From: Octopus sinensis
Lineage: Eukaryota
Assembly: GCF_006345805.1 (NCBI RefSeq)
Contig: NC_043011.1
Span: 34,546,464 to 34,610,463, forward strand
Length of the DNA: 64,000 nt
Direction of reading: 5' to 3'
A program made the translations under genes and the position numbers. Shown piece after piece: positions 40,486-54,828 of the stretch. Below the pieces are notes generated by a model. The model made no database searches and was not told the DNA's origin. It saw only the letters and a program-made list of their open reading frames with translations. Within the stretch, counting starts at the first letter, position 1, and each line of letters opens with the position of its first letter.

Positions 40486-40991
40486 GACTGGAAAACGAAA
40501 ATAAACTACAGTTAGAAAGCTAGATAGCAGTGGCGAAGGGTGACTTGGAAACTAGGGCATGCAATCCAACTCCCCCAACCCACTTTTTTTCTTGAGTTTA
40601 TAGAAAAGATCTGGATCCCCTTTTTCTAATAAAAATTATTATCTAATAAAAATAAAAAGCTTTTCGCCCGTAACTACTGCTCAAAAACTTTGAAACGGAA
40701 ATACTCCCATTTCTAATATCGTAGCCTTATTGAGAAGGCGAGCTGGCAGAGTTGTTAGCAAGTCGGACGACACGCTTTGCAGTATTTCGTCCGCACTTGC
40801 GCTCTGCGTTCAAATTCCGCTAGGGTTGATTTTGCCTTTCATCCGTTCCGGGTCGGTAAATTAAGTACCAGTCAAGCAGTGGTGTCGATATAAACGACTA
40901 GACCCATCCCCCACCCCAAACTTCATTCCTTATGGCTGTATTAGAAAGGAATATCGTAACCATATTGAATCATGCCCATTTTTAAAGAACA

Positions 40992-41508
40992 TCTATATAT
41001 ATAAAACTGTAGTTGTGTGAGTGTTTGTCTCCTACGATTTAGATTCCTAACTCCTCCCACATTTTGCGGTGCAGTTTAACCAAATTCGGGTATCTTATAG
41101 TCGTGATTAATATCGAGCCCGTCTGGCTATTAGCGCGCGTCTACGATGAGTCTACGATTTTAAAAATAATTTAACATCATTTTTTATTCCATTTTAATGC
41201 ATAATTTTTCGTGTGTCGATGGCGGCGGAGTTGGCGTCCACGCTCAAACACCTGCACCTGTGTTTGCTTCTCCCCCTTCTTCCCTCCCTCGTGAAGCTGT
41301 GGGGAAGGGAGTTTAAGGAAATCAACGTCGTAATGCGTTGTCAAGGAGACCAGCGTTCTTTTAGAACAACGACTTCATGGCTTGAAGACACCAAAACAGA
41401 AATGGCTAAGAAAGCCCGAATTGGCATCTATAAAGGAAGTAACTCTCTAAAAATGCTTATATAGTTATTTCCCTTACAAACCCGAGCAACACCGGGCGAT
41501 ACTGCTAG
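40992..41508 (+). mobile_element. Non-autonomous Helitron, 517 bp, in B3 5' UTR intron
   Basis: A|TCTATATATATAAAA 5' end; CCCGAGCAACACCGGG hairpin then CTAG|T 3' end. Confidence 0.82.
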
Positions 41509-43439
41509 TTTTATATAGAAAGAAAATTAGAAAAAAAAATTCTAAAAACGAAGCTGATTGCGAGAGCACCAAATTAAGTGAATGTGTATAATAATGTACA
41601 ACTTCTATCAGTGATGCAGTTTTTCTGTCTTTACTGATATCGACTTATCCCCAAAACCTTTCTAGAAGCTTAACCTTTTCATCAACCAATCGTAAAACGT
41701 GTGACAGTTATGATTTCATTCGATGGTCTGTAGTCTCACCAAACATAACAGCCTCAAATGCTGTTTCTTTTGATCATTGGCTTAATTACACCTTCACTCC
41801 TAACAGCTATACAATTAAATGAGTTCGTTTTGAATATCACTTGAAAGAACACATTTTCTCAGCTTTCAAGTGATGTTTCAATATCACTTCAAAGCCGAGA
41901 AAAGGTTTTCTTATACTGACAAACTAACAGACACGGGAAACAGAAAAAAAACTGTTCAGAATGGGTCATCTCCTCACTCACTCAGACTATTCATAATACT
42001 TTCATTCAATCAAATAACGGTGAGATTCTTTGCTGCCTACTTCGGTTTTGATTTTCAGTTTAAGCTTTGCTTTCCCTTTTCTGAGAATGATAATATTCTA
42101 TTTATCTGTTTCAAAACTGGGCAAAGTAGAGAGAGAAAACTGAAATAATACACTCTTTTGCCATCCTGGGGGCAATTAAAGCATTAGAAACACTACTGTG
42201 TTATAACATTTTTGAATGAATGTAAGCTTTATGCTAATAGATAATTTAGGTGCTAGTCTACTTTTTTATGTAACCTTTCTCAGATGACTTTAGATATTTA
42301 AAATTAAGTTTTAAAGCATTGGTATGAACGAATGGATGAAAGCTTTGCTTTGTAATCACACGCACACACACACAAATTGGTTGTTTTTTTTTCTTTTCGC
42401 TCTATGTGTTAAATAGTCAAGAAAACTCTGGGGTCACATGACTGAATTCAGGCCTTAAGAAGTGATCAAAAATACTCTCTCCATTGGCTAAATCTTTTTA
42501 GAAAGCAAACGTGAATGTGTGGTAAGAAGTTTGCTTCCCAATCACATGGTTTCGGGTCCAGTCTTCTACTAGTGTTTTCTACTATAGCGTTGGGCTGACT
42601 AAAACATTGTAAGTGGATTTGGTAAAGGCAAACTGAAAAAAACCCCGTCGTATTTACATATGTGTGAGTGTGTGTGCATGTGTGTGTGTGTGTGTGTGTT
42701 TGTCTATGTGTGCATGTGTGTGTGTTTGTGTCTGTGTTTGTCCTCCACTAATGCTTGACAATCGGGGTTTGTGTGTTCCTACGTAACTTAGCCTTTCGGC
42801 ACGAGAGACCAAAGGAATAAGCACCAGGCTTTAAAAATGTACTGGGGTAGATTCATTAGACTAAAATTACTTAAGGTGGTGCCCCAGCATGGCCATAATC
42901 TATTGAGAAAAACAAGTAGAATATAAAATATAAAAACTGTACTCTTCGGTATCGAATATTAGTACGAAATACATCAGAAAACAATAAAACAAACTTGTAA
43001 ATTGACTAATTATGCATTTCTTGTCTCAATCTGTCCGGCTATGAGGAAAGCCTCGTGGAAGTCCTCTGAATAGGCAAGTTTATGATCTCTGCTGCACAGG
43101 ACAGTAAAAACATCAGCACTTCACGAGAGAGAAAATAGTTGACAACATGTCTGCTGGATTAAGACGGCTGGAAGCCAAGTAGTAAAATATTTGCTTTCTC
43201 TGCCTTTCTCTTTGCTGACCGACCACTCACTGTTTTGTCCCTCTTTTTGAAACTCCCTTCTCGAAAATAATAGAATGCAAAGAAAATAAGACCACTGCTC
43301 TTACTATGACTGAAAGCAAGCAGTAGAATAATTTGCTTTCGTTTGCCTTACATTTTCTTCACCACTCACCCGTTTATTTTGTCTTTCTTTTTGACGCTCT
43401 ATTCTCGAAGAGAATAAGAGAATATGAAGAGACTGATAC

Positions 43440-44090
43440 CATTGCTCTTACTGACTATGAAGCCTGCACGTGATTGTGCAATGCCCCCAAAGTGACTGGG
43501 CTCTGGGCTTATGTCGAACACCTGCTGTCGCATTCGAGAAGAGTACAACTGTCGAGCGAATCTGTAATTAAGATCGTTCCGCCGACCTCCCTGAATAGGG
43601 AGGAGCGAGCCTGTTTTCTCTCGGTAGTTGCTGTGGCGAAAGAAGTAGTATGGAAGACGAGAGTGAAAGGAATTGCAACAGGCATGTTTATCTCCAGTCT
43701 CGAGCTAATCGACTTTTTCGTTTTCCACATGAAACGGAAAATAAGGCTGGAGAAGAAATGCCTGTCGCAAAGTGTGTTTCGTAAAAGATAGAAGTCTATA
43801 GCAAATATGTTGCGAGTGAAAGAACCTATTTAAACGAGAATATAAAAAGGAGAAAGCAAAGTCTTCAGTGTGAGTATGTTGTTTGTGGGGGTCGACCGCG
43901 TCCTCCTCTTCATTTTTTATAAATCACTCATTCTCATTTAATTGTATATATTTTAATTGTTTGTTTATTCATACATTTCGTCTCATTCGATACCCTGACC
44001 CCAATGTTTGTTTTGTCCGTCCTCGTATCCTCCCCTCTTTTTCTCAACCTCATGGTTAATAAAGAAAGCAAGCAAAAAAATTTGCCTTTT
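43440..44090 (+). mobile_element. 3' end of an L1/Tx1-like LINE
   Basis: ORF 43474-43791 (...LWAYVEHLL...FLSVVAVAKEVVWKTR...) resembles the C-terminal region of Tx1-type ORF2, followed by a pyrimidine-rich tail and AATAAA at about 44058. Confidence 0.6.
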
Positions 44091-44537
44091 TCTCTGGTGA
44101 CCAGTCACTCGTTTGTTTTGTGTTTCTTGTTGACGCTCGCTCTTCAAAAGAGGTGGAAAGCGGATAATTCACTGCTTTTCCTTTTTTTTCTCGCAAAGCA
44201 AACAGGAGCTTTCACTACTTAAACATATTAAATAATAGCGATTGTTTACAATTTATACTAAGAAATAAAGGAATGAGAAATAAATGTAAATATGGCCACA
44301 ATGAATCTAGTGAAAATTATCAATAATCAATTATATATTTCACAAAATTTATTTATCGACGAAAAATAGTAAGGCATGCAATGCATGCATTGCATACTTA
44401 GACCTTCCGCCCTGCTAAGTTGGTAGACAGACAGATAGGGATATAGACAGACTCTTGTTACAGAATTTGAATATGAAGTCCTAATTAAAGTCTGGAGAAG
44501 AAATAAGAAAATACATACGAATGCATTAAGAAACAAT

Positions 44538-44692
44538 ACTTACTGAATTGTGTATGAGACGTAGTGTATTAAAAAAAGGACTAAGGTGTTTTATATGACT
44601 GAGTGCCATCTGTGTTGTTCTCATCTAAAATAGAAACCAATGAAATTGATTGAAGCCAAACGGAAACGCTGCGATAATCAATTGAAAGATAA
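44538..44692 (-). promoter_or_regulatory. Promoter and short first exon assigned to B3 (first intron about 4 kb)
   Basis: AGATAA 44687-44692, CATCTG 44607-44612, minus-strand TATAAAA 44589-44595, donor GTAAGT 44538-44543. No ATG exon between here and 40487. Confidence 0.6.
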
Positions 44693-44854
44693 GTGTTGAA
44701 GGAAATTATATATAAATCTGTTTTGATATTAGTGATTACGCTGCGAGCTATAAATATTTGGTTATGCAACTTTAAAGAATTATTGAATAAGTCGTTTTTG
44801 TTTTTACGTTTGTGTGTGTGTTTGTATGTGTATGTGTGTGTGTGTGTGTGTGTG

Positions 44855-44892
<38 letters not shown>

Positions 44893-46493
44893 GCGTCTGT
44901 GTAAGAATTGCTCACGGGCGTCTTCAAATAAGATTTGAGATTTTCAAAACAGAGACAAAGTCAACCGGTCTGACGTGAATTTGCTAATGCACAGGGCAGT
45001 TGTTCTCCTCATTCTTCTATACGAATCAAAAATCTGAGTCATCTACATTCGATATCTAACCTTCGTGGAGCGTTTCCACCAACATATGACCTATTTAGTT
45101 CGTCGTGGATGTATTTCAGGAGATCTGTCATTGGCACTTAAGCAAGGAACCGTTCTGTTCTGCTACGCACTTTTGAGCAATATATCAAATGGTGTATAAG
45201 TAGTTCTGATTGGAAAGGATTAAAGACCATGACCAGTCAAATGCACACGTTGGGTGACAAGATTGGCATGATTCTAAGCTTCATCCGTGTGTTTGTCTCT
45301 GAAGTGAGTTCCCAGGGTTTTAATAAGAGGAGAACAATCTGTTAAACTCTCTTGTTCCTAGGCCTACACATCCTCGGAAAACAACTTGCTAGGGTCACAG
45401 TAATCGAATATTTAACACGTCATGAAATTGTCTCAAGAACATCACAACATACTGAGGGCAGATGAGGCCTTCAGCTCTTTAGCTTCCCATCAAAAACATG
45501 TCCCTCCACAAAATTCCTGCATCTTGATAAGTACTGGACTCGTCGCTGTCGTTGCATCGGTCCAATACATGCGTGAAGGACGAGATAATGGTTTGGTTCT
45601 GCACAAACAATACCTACTATAATAACATTCATCGTGTGGATTGTTCAGCAAAGCAGGGCACCTTGTGTAAACTCTTACAAATATTCTTCATAATTCTCGT
45701 GACGAATGACTTCGTGCAGTTGTCTGTTGCAGTATCCTATCTCCTCTAATCGATGAGAGAGTCTAGGATAACATAAGCTGGGATAGAGTAACCCTATGAA
45801 CGAAAGGCAATTCTGCAGTGACCGATTCATCTTTGTTTTTCACACAGTGCGTATTTGGGATTACAGACGAAGTTAACAATGCACCTCTGCACATGTGTAA
45901 GCTGATCTTGGCAAGATATTTTTTATATGATTGGATCATAATTATACGTAAAAGTCTCGTTTTCACGCCAACGATGATCCTTCAAGGAAAAAAGCTGCCG
46001 ATTTGGGCTGAACCATCATTCTGATTCATGTCACTATGCAATGAACCAGAGATGGTAACAGAAGATATATTGCCTGTTCTTCTCACAGTTCCGTCAATCT
46101 ATTGTTCTCGTTCGGTACATTTGTATGGAGACCGAAAGGAATAAAGATAACAGGATTGTATCCTACATTATCTTTTTGTATTTTGAAATGGTAACCTCAT
46201 CGCACTTAACAAAATTGTGGTGAAAGAATCAATAGATACATAGACATGATTCTACATTTTCTTGCGAAGGAAAATCCAGTGTTTTAAAGGGCAAATAATT
46301 CTATTAAGCCATGTATTGTATAGATATCGCTATTTCGGAATTTTTATGATCAAATCCTACCTGTTTGGCCTTCCAGTTATCAGATAAACCGCTTGCATGT
46401 CGTGTATAAAAATATGGTGTTAAATATATTTAACGTGGATATTAGAAATGTACTATCTATAAACCGCAATCCAGGTACACAACGCATGTACAC

Positions 46494-46606
<113 letters not shown>

Positions 46607-46739
46607 TTAAAATTACCCATGATCAGAACTTTACTGGTACCTTGCACAAAATAATACTTTGCGCACTAAGAAACTTTACTAATGTACAGGTACATGGATT
46701 TCAGTTAATTGTTTATGAAAACATAATATTTGCTTAATT

Positions 46740-49000
46740 TTGAGTCAGTTGATCAAGGGGGTGAATCTGGGTTTGGGAAAGTCAGGGATCCGGTGAAAGT
46801 CCAATTTTTTGCACTGTATAACAGAACTAACAATACAGCGGAGACAATCAACCTAATTTTCAGTTTACTATTTGTGACACGTTGTCCATGCAAGTGCTTT
46901 CCGTATGGCAAAGTCCCTTTCACTACTTTCCATCTAAGCACCAAGCTATTGAAGTCAGTAACTTCGTTAAGTTCTTTTCTGTATCTTGCAATGAGGTGAC
47001 CTGGTTGCTCCTGAGCTTGATCGAATGTCTTGTATTCAATCTTATCTCAGTTACAATATAGGCTAGCCTTTCTAACTTCAAATTTCAATATGTGGAGCCC
47101 TTTCTGTACCCGGTGTATTTCTACAGAGATAAGAGCGATATCGTCTGCAAACATCTCAAGTATTTTTTGGTGTAAGTCGTCTCCTCCTTTTTTCCAACTT
47201 AAATCCTAGTTCCTCCACGTCACTTAGTATAGTAACCAGGACAAGAAGATATAGTGTAAATATATATCCTTGGAGTAGTCCCGCTGATATTTCACATAAA
47301 CCTGACTCTCTATCAGATATTATAATTCTTACTTTTGTATCTTCATAAACCTTTGCTATAGCATTGAGATTTGGAGATGTATCAGACGCTTTTAGGATTT
47401 TGGGCATCTTGCTTCAGTAGGTAGAATCAAAAGCCTTCTTAAAATCAACATATAGAATGACGGCTTTCCTTTTGTGTGCTTTTATATCGTCAATTAACCT
47501 TCTCAGAGTGTGCGTCGCAGTGAATCTACCAGGTCGGAATCCATTTTGATTTTGTGATGATGTTTATCGATGCTTGACTGTAGTCTCTTACGTATCATTT
47601 TGTTGATGAGTTTCACTATTAATGAAGATAATGCAATGTTTTTATTATTCTAGGTATTGCTGAGATCTCCTGATTTGGGAATAAGAAGCAAGTCAAATTC
47701 TGATAGTTGCTTTGGCATTCAGTTCTCTTTCAACAGTTCTCTTGCAAGGTATAGTACGATTTCTTTAAAATACTTCGGGTGGATCTGGGCCCGAAGATTT
47801 ACCTTCTTTGATAGATTTATTCGCCAACTGAAATTCTTTATATGTAAATTCGGTAGTATTAATGTTATAGTTATTCAGTGCTTTTGGGAAAGTATGCATC
47901 GTTATCATCAGTTGTTTCTGACACATTTTCAAGCAACTTTCCGAAATGGTCATTCCACTTTCCGGAGTTTTCTTCCCGTGAATTGCCTTCAATAATTCCT
48001 TCCTGTGTTGCTTTTCGACCAGTTCTTGAGTTGATCAATCTCCAACATTCCTTGTGCCTATGTCTTTTACTAGCTTCTTCCACCTCAGCCACCATACTGT
48101 CCGACATTTCCTCTTCGACTTGCACATATACACGCTCCAAATTGTTTTTAGCATTTTGAAGTTTTTCTCAATTTGTTCCACAAGGAACTTTCTGGCAATC
48201 ACAATAAAAGTACTCTACACTTTCTTCCTCGCCTCTTCTACACGACAGTCTGCTGATACTCATTTCTCATTATCCCTTGGATTTTTTTGTTGAATCTGCA
48301 TTGGCTTGCTCATATTTACTAAATTTCTCAGACATATCTCCTTTCTCATTAGATATGAGCATATCGGTTCTTGACAGCGATAGTATAAACTTACTGGAGT
48401 TCTTCATTACGACACATTGATCAGTCGTAATGAATCTTTCTGATAGGCGTTTTACTCGTTCGTAGGATTACTTTGATCCTAGCCGTAAAAAGTCGATTAT
48501 CACTCCCCATACTGCTGAAGCAGCTATGCACCTCAGTGTTCTGCACTGAATTACACCATTTCTTGTTTATATGTATAAAATGTATTTGAGATTTGCTACC
48601 ATTGATAAATGCAATAAACATCCCGATTTTCCCAGGTGTTTGGCTACAAGAAAACCAGTTTTACATAAAGTTCAAATAGGTGTTGCAAGCGAAATTATTC
48701 GTCAGCGTGCACAATATTGTGATCTTCTATACCCAATACACTCAAGTTAAACCTTTTGAAATTCTCAGTTAGTTCGATTCCTTTCTCATTCTTTCTGTGC
48801 GTTCTTACATTATGAATTGCCATGACAGAAAATTACTGGTATTTAAAGTTCATTCCTTTCATTGTTGCTACGATCCGCCGTATCCCTTCCATCAGGATTT
48901 GAAGGTACAACTCCATCCTTCTTCTTTGGTTGAGAACAAGCTCGGAGGTCAGGAATGGTTAACGCAGGGACTTTATGGTGTCCTTATCGTTATTTTTCAT
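46740..49000 (-). mobile_element. Degenerate RTE-like LINE (endonuclease/RT region)
   Basis: Fragments ...PIPKSGDLS.., ISAGLLQG..TLYL, LGFKLEKRRRR, FADDI-like segment at about 47140; many stops. Confidence 0.8.
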
Positions 49001-49127
49001 TGAGGTTTCAGTAGCACGTAAGTTGTCACTTAATGTGCCAATATATATGCGACCGCAGTAGTGTACGACACCCCTACGAGAATAGAATCACCGAACGACT
49101 ATAAATAGCAGCGGTCTGTGTGAGATA

Positions 49128-49378
49128 GACGACAGTAGGCTTTGAAAGGCGGCGGGCTGGCAGAAACGTTAGCACGCCGGGCGAAATGCTGAGCGATATT
49201 TTGTCAGCCGTTACGTTCTGAGTTAAAATTCCGCCGAGGTCGACTTTGCCTTTCATCCTTTCGGGGTCGACTAAATAAGGACCAGTTACGCACTGGGGTC
49301 GATATAATCGACTTAATCCGTTTGTCTGTCCTTGTTTGTCCTCTCTGTGTTTAGCCCCTTGTGGGTAGTAAAGAAATA
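49128..49378 (+). mobile_element. Near full-length young Octopus-type SINE inserted in the LINE 5' region
   Basis: GGCGGCGGGCTGGCAGAAACGTTAGCACGCCGGGCGAAATG...CCCCTTGTGGGTAGTAAAGAAATAG, closest to the window consensus. Confidence 0.88.
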
Positions 49379-50589
49379 GACAGTAGGCATTAATCGCAGG
49401 AAGTCGTATGGTGTCGTTTTGGTAGTTTGTCGGAATATCATTTTGTTGGTTCGTGTATAATTCGTGGAGAGTTTGTTGGATTGTTACGTTGTTTTTACCG
49501 TGTTTCGTTATATATTTTATTGTTACTGCACGGTTACAGTGTAACAATTGGCGATACAACGTATCTAGCGATGTGGTTTGGAAATTCACGCCGGTCAATT
49601 AACAAATTTTTGTGATGCAAAGTTGTCACCCCCCCCAGCTACGCTAGTGCTAACAGCTGCACAAATATTTTGTGTTTACACACATTATCGTTGTGTATAG
49701 AATAGGATTCAATTGAATTGGTTTCAGTCCTATATTGGGATTTCACTAGTGATTGAGGACTCGATTTGAGTATTCACGTTGATACTGTTTGTAAATCCCC
49801 TCCTACCTATCAAATGTAAAATAATTAGGGTGATTTAAATTTGTAACATTCTAGATAATTAATTCGATTACTAAGTTATTCGTGTGTTAACAGACTTTTA
49901 TTTCGATGTTATATTGTATTGCAGTATGTAAAAGTGTTTAACTCAATATTATATGCCTGTTTGGGTAGATGTAACTACTTTGTCTTTCTGGCATTCGTGG
50001 AAAGCGAACCAAAGAAGTTGAAGGAACCGATGGAATGCTTGTAAGATACGTTCCAAGTACCAACGCCACTGCATGTGATTGGACCCAGGTGTACAAGTGA
50101 GAGGAAAATAAAACATGCAGAGTTCCTGAAAATAGATGCCAAGCGCAAAAAGCATTACATTGTACGAAAAAACGGACTAAAATGCGGGAGGTGGGGGTGA
50201 ATAAAAAATTATTGCTATATAAAATGACACTTCCTCAGAAAAACTTAAAAGGGAGTGGTGCACCATTATTACTAGTAATAATGGTACACCACTCCCACGG
50301 GGCGAATGGAATAACCTAGTCTCTATAAGTAAAGAGGAGTATGTGAAGTACCAGAGTACACAGGAGGCGGTCAAAGATAGTCGTGTCTTTACTGGTTTTA
50401 CTAAGTATACTGTATGCCGAAGTGGGCGTTATATCAATCCAACATTTTAAGGATTATAACACTTACTCAATGACCACCAACTCTCATTATTTACTGCTGA
50501 ATCTTCTCAGTCACTTTGGATAGATTTTGAGAAAAGATATTTGTTGGTTAAATGAATATGTAATTTTCAGGACCATTCTTAACATCCTT

Positions 50590-51640
50590 GTATAAAAATT
50601 ATCTTTTTAGCTTTCAGGCTTTTTTGGTGACGGTCCAAGTTTCAACACCGTATAACAAAACTGACTCCACCGTGGACACAAACGACCGAATTTTAAGTTT
50701 ATTGCCATCTTAGAACTCCCGGTTTTACGCAGTTTGCGACAAGCTCTCCAAGAAAGTGCTTCCCGAACAGCAAAGTCGTTTTCCCTACTTTCCATTCAAG
50801 CACCAATGTATTGAAGCCAATTACTTCGTTAAGTTCTTTACCGTGTCTTGCAAAGAGGTGATTTGGTGGCTTGTGATCATGATTTAGTGTCTTGTATTCA
50901 GTCTTATCTGAGTCACAGTACAAGACAGCCTTTGTAACTTCAAGTTTTAGTCTGTGGAGCACTTTCTGTGCCCGATGTATTTCTTCAGAGATACGAGCAA
51001 TATCGCCTGCAACATCTGTAATTATCTTTGCTATAACTCGCCTATTTCTCCTTTTTTCTAATTTAAACCCCAGTTTCTCCTCTTTTCCTTCTAAGATCTT
51101 GCCCGTCACATAGTATAGTACCAGAACAAACAGATATAGTATAAGTGTATAGTGTAGTGTAAGTGGAACATTTTTGCTATTAATTCACAGAAACCTATCT
51201 CTCCATCAGGTGTTATAATTGTTGCATTTGTATCTTCGTAAACCTTAGCTATTGGATTGAGAAAATTTCGGGGCATATCATACGCTTTCAGGACTTTGAT
51301 GTGTTGGATGCTATTAAAGATAACGCAATGTCTCTATAGTTCTTAGTATTGCTGAGGTCTCCCAATTTGGCAATAGGGAGCAGGTCGAACTCTGAGAATG
51401 GCATTGGCTTCAAGTTCTCTCCCAACAGTTTGATTGCAAAGTATAACAAGATTTCATTGAATTTGCATCTTTTCAGAAATTCGGAAGCATCTGGGCACGA
51501 AGATTTATCTTCTTTGATAGATTTCTTCGCGAACTGAAGTTCTTCACCTATATATGCGGTATTATTGATATCAAAGTTATTCAGCACCTTGGGAAGATCT
51601 ACTTCATTTTTATCAATTATTGTGGCTCTCTGTGTGTGTA
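50590..51640 (-). mobile_element. Second degenerate RTE-like LINE fragment, same family as 46740-49000
   Basis: LLPIAKLGDLSNTKNYRDIAL and KLGFKLEKRRNRR segments. Confidence 0.8.
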
Positions 51641-52361
51641 AGTATTTATTGAATATTTAAATTTTTTACATGTTTGTATTTATACATCTGGCTAAGCACA
51701 CTGCCGTGGTGTGGCGGTGTGCGGGCTTCTGTGACTCGGAGAGCTATGCTGGTGACAGCAAGCCTCCTGCCAAGTACAATCCAGCCAGTGAGGTCACAGG
51801 GTGGGAGCCAGACAAAATCAAAAATCAAATATCTAAACTGTAATACAAAATTTGTGATATATAGTGTTACTACAGTATATAATTATTTATGCTTAGCCAA
51901 CTTTATATATGTACGAATGGATGTACAAATACTTTGTGCTTATACACGTTATCGTCGGAGATAGAATAATAGGAATCGATTGAACTGGCTTCTATCCCGT
52001 ATTGAGATTTTAGGAGTTATTGGGGACTCGATTTGAGTGTTCACGTAGTTACTGTCTTCAAATCCCCTCCTACCTACAAAATGCTTAAGTAAAACAATTA
52101 TTGTAATTAAAATGTTTTACATTCTAACTAGTTATTTCGACCACTAAGTTATTCGCGCGTTAACTGATTTTTATTTCGATGTTAGGCTGTATTCTAGTAT
52201 ATATGTATAAGTGCTTAAGTAATTATATTTATTAGTGTGGGCAAATGCAAATAATTTGTCTTTCTGTACAATGACTGTGTGAGTGGAAAAAGGAGGATCG
52301 TCCGTTGAATGACAGTCCAATATGGAATTGAAACTATTCCGAAGAATATATTGGATACCAT

Positions 52362-52487
<126 letters not shown>

Positions 52488-52891
52488 GACCCGTAAAGAG
52501 TAGTTGCTGTGCAATGTTTTTGATTAGAGGTCTGCTACCTCAAGGTTGTTCTGGGGTTAAATAAGAACAACAATTCTTGTTTAAAGTAATTTCCATTATA
52601 ATTTTAAATCCGAACAAAGTTCACTTTACCTTTCGATTTTCGAGATTGAACAAGAAAAGTTAGTATCTGATTCCCGGGTTCAATCAAGTAGCCCAGTGTT
52701 ATGGAGGATTAGATAAGGTTGAAGAATCAATATTTGCTTGAGAAATAATTATTCTCCCGTCCACATGGAGTTAAAATTCAGCTTAACGATGTTATCTTCT
52801 CTGCCATAGGTGCGAGCAGAGTCACTGACATGATGGAGGCTCAGCTATTGGAGATGCAATCGGCAATCTACTCGATGACTCAAGCATTCAA

Positions 52892-54207
52892 CTAACTGAC
52901 ATTCACGGGAATAACAAAAAAAAAAAAAGAAATAAAAAACTGACAATTCAACAAGAAACGATTTATAGCCATCTAAGACACAAAGTAATATATGAATAAT
53001 TAAATGAATGAATAATATACACCATTATTTTTTACTTATTTAATACTGTTTATTTCATTTTATGTTAAACATTATGAATTACAAAATTTTGAGTGATGTT
53101 CCCGTTAGTTTTCACTGCTATTTCCCAAGATACTGAAAAGAATAAAAGGGAAAAGAAGAAATTAGACAAAAATGCGCCAAATATTGTATTTATTGAATAG
53201 TTTATTGAATAAAGAATGCTGCCGCTTTCGTAACGTTTAGCGGGAAATTTATCTTTTCAAGTGAGTTTCTTAAGATTTAGAAAAAATACAACTTCTCTTA
53301 ATATTTCATTTACAGACGTGTTATAGCTTTCTGGTTAAGAAGATCGCTTTCTAACCATGTGGTTTCGGTTTCAATCCCGCTGGACGGTTCTTAGGTCAAA
53401 TTGCTTCAACAATAGCCTGAGTCAACTGAGTCAACCTCTGCGTTGTGAGTGAAATTAGTAGGCAGAAACTGTGTCTAAATCCGTCGCGTGTGCGCGGGTA
53501 TATATATATATAAATGGGAATATGATTCCAAACTTACAGGGAAAAATTCAATTTAGCAATACTAAATCAAATTTCACAATATATAATACATATATATAAA
53601 TTAGAGAAGAACCACCATGTTGCTATTCAACAATGACATAATTAAATCATAACATATAGAAAAAAAATTAAATTATACGATAAAACATTTACCTAGAACT
53701 AGATAAAGTACAAAATAAGAAATGGATAGTATATAATTAGTAAATAGACAACACGTGTTTCGTGGTTATATTTTCAAACTGATAACAGTAAAATCAATTA
53801 ATTTTAAATATAGTCACTCTCCAGGTCCAAGAATAAAACAATAAAATAATTAAATATATGTACGCATATTATCTTATAAGAAAATATAAATATATATAAA
53901 AATAAGTAATTTTTCAATAAAAAATCGAACGAAATTCAATAACATATCTTAAAATAAAAGCACGAAATATCTTAACAAATATATTCTGTTAACTAAATCT
54001 TTAACCTTAATATGTAGGACTTATTGTTTATAATAAAATTATCTCGTTAAAAACGTGGTATAAATAAAACTAGAATAAATAGATAAAAATGTTTATTTTA
54101 TCTATGAAAATATATTTTAGCTTATAGAAGGAAAGAATAACAAACTATAGTATATCATTACTGGAAAATTCAAATACAAGTAATTAAAACAAAATATTTA
54201 AAACAAT

Positions 54208-54264
<57 letters not shown>

Positions 54265-54761
54265 ATACATAATATACATTAAGTGACGCTAAAATACTAT
54301 AATTTAATCTATATACATTAAATTATTTATTTATTTATTTAATAAACAGCTAAGTTAAATCTTATTCTAATTAAGTGATATATACTAAAACCTTCATGTT
54401 AACTTATATACATAATACTACTACGAACTATAACTACAAGAATTGAAAATAGAAAAATGGTTCAAATATATACACACAAATTAGTTAAAGTTACTATATA
54501 ATTAATTTATATGTAGATTTAATATTACACTCACTTATAGAATTAACCAATGTTTCAATTAATATTAAAAGTATTTACTTAAATGCAATATTACATAACA
54601 AATAGAAATCGTACCTATTAGATAAGATTTTGTCTTACAAAACTATTTTACAATGTAAATTAGTTAATGTAATACGTTAATTCACAAGATAATAACAATA
54701 ATAAAATTAATAATCACATTTCCTATTATTATTATTTTTATTTTTATTTTTTTATTTTTTA

Positions 54762-54828
<67 letters not shown>

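Noticed and set aside
49128-49200. tRNA genes
   Set aside because: The tRNA-like box motifs belong to SINE heads; no complete cloverleaf was seen.
49968-50100. Short frame LLCLSGIRGKRTKEVEG...CDWTQVYK resembling a peptide precursor
   Set aside because: No start or convincing splice sites, and the homologous segments near 37800 and 52270 do not keep the frame.
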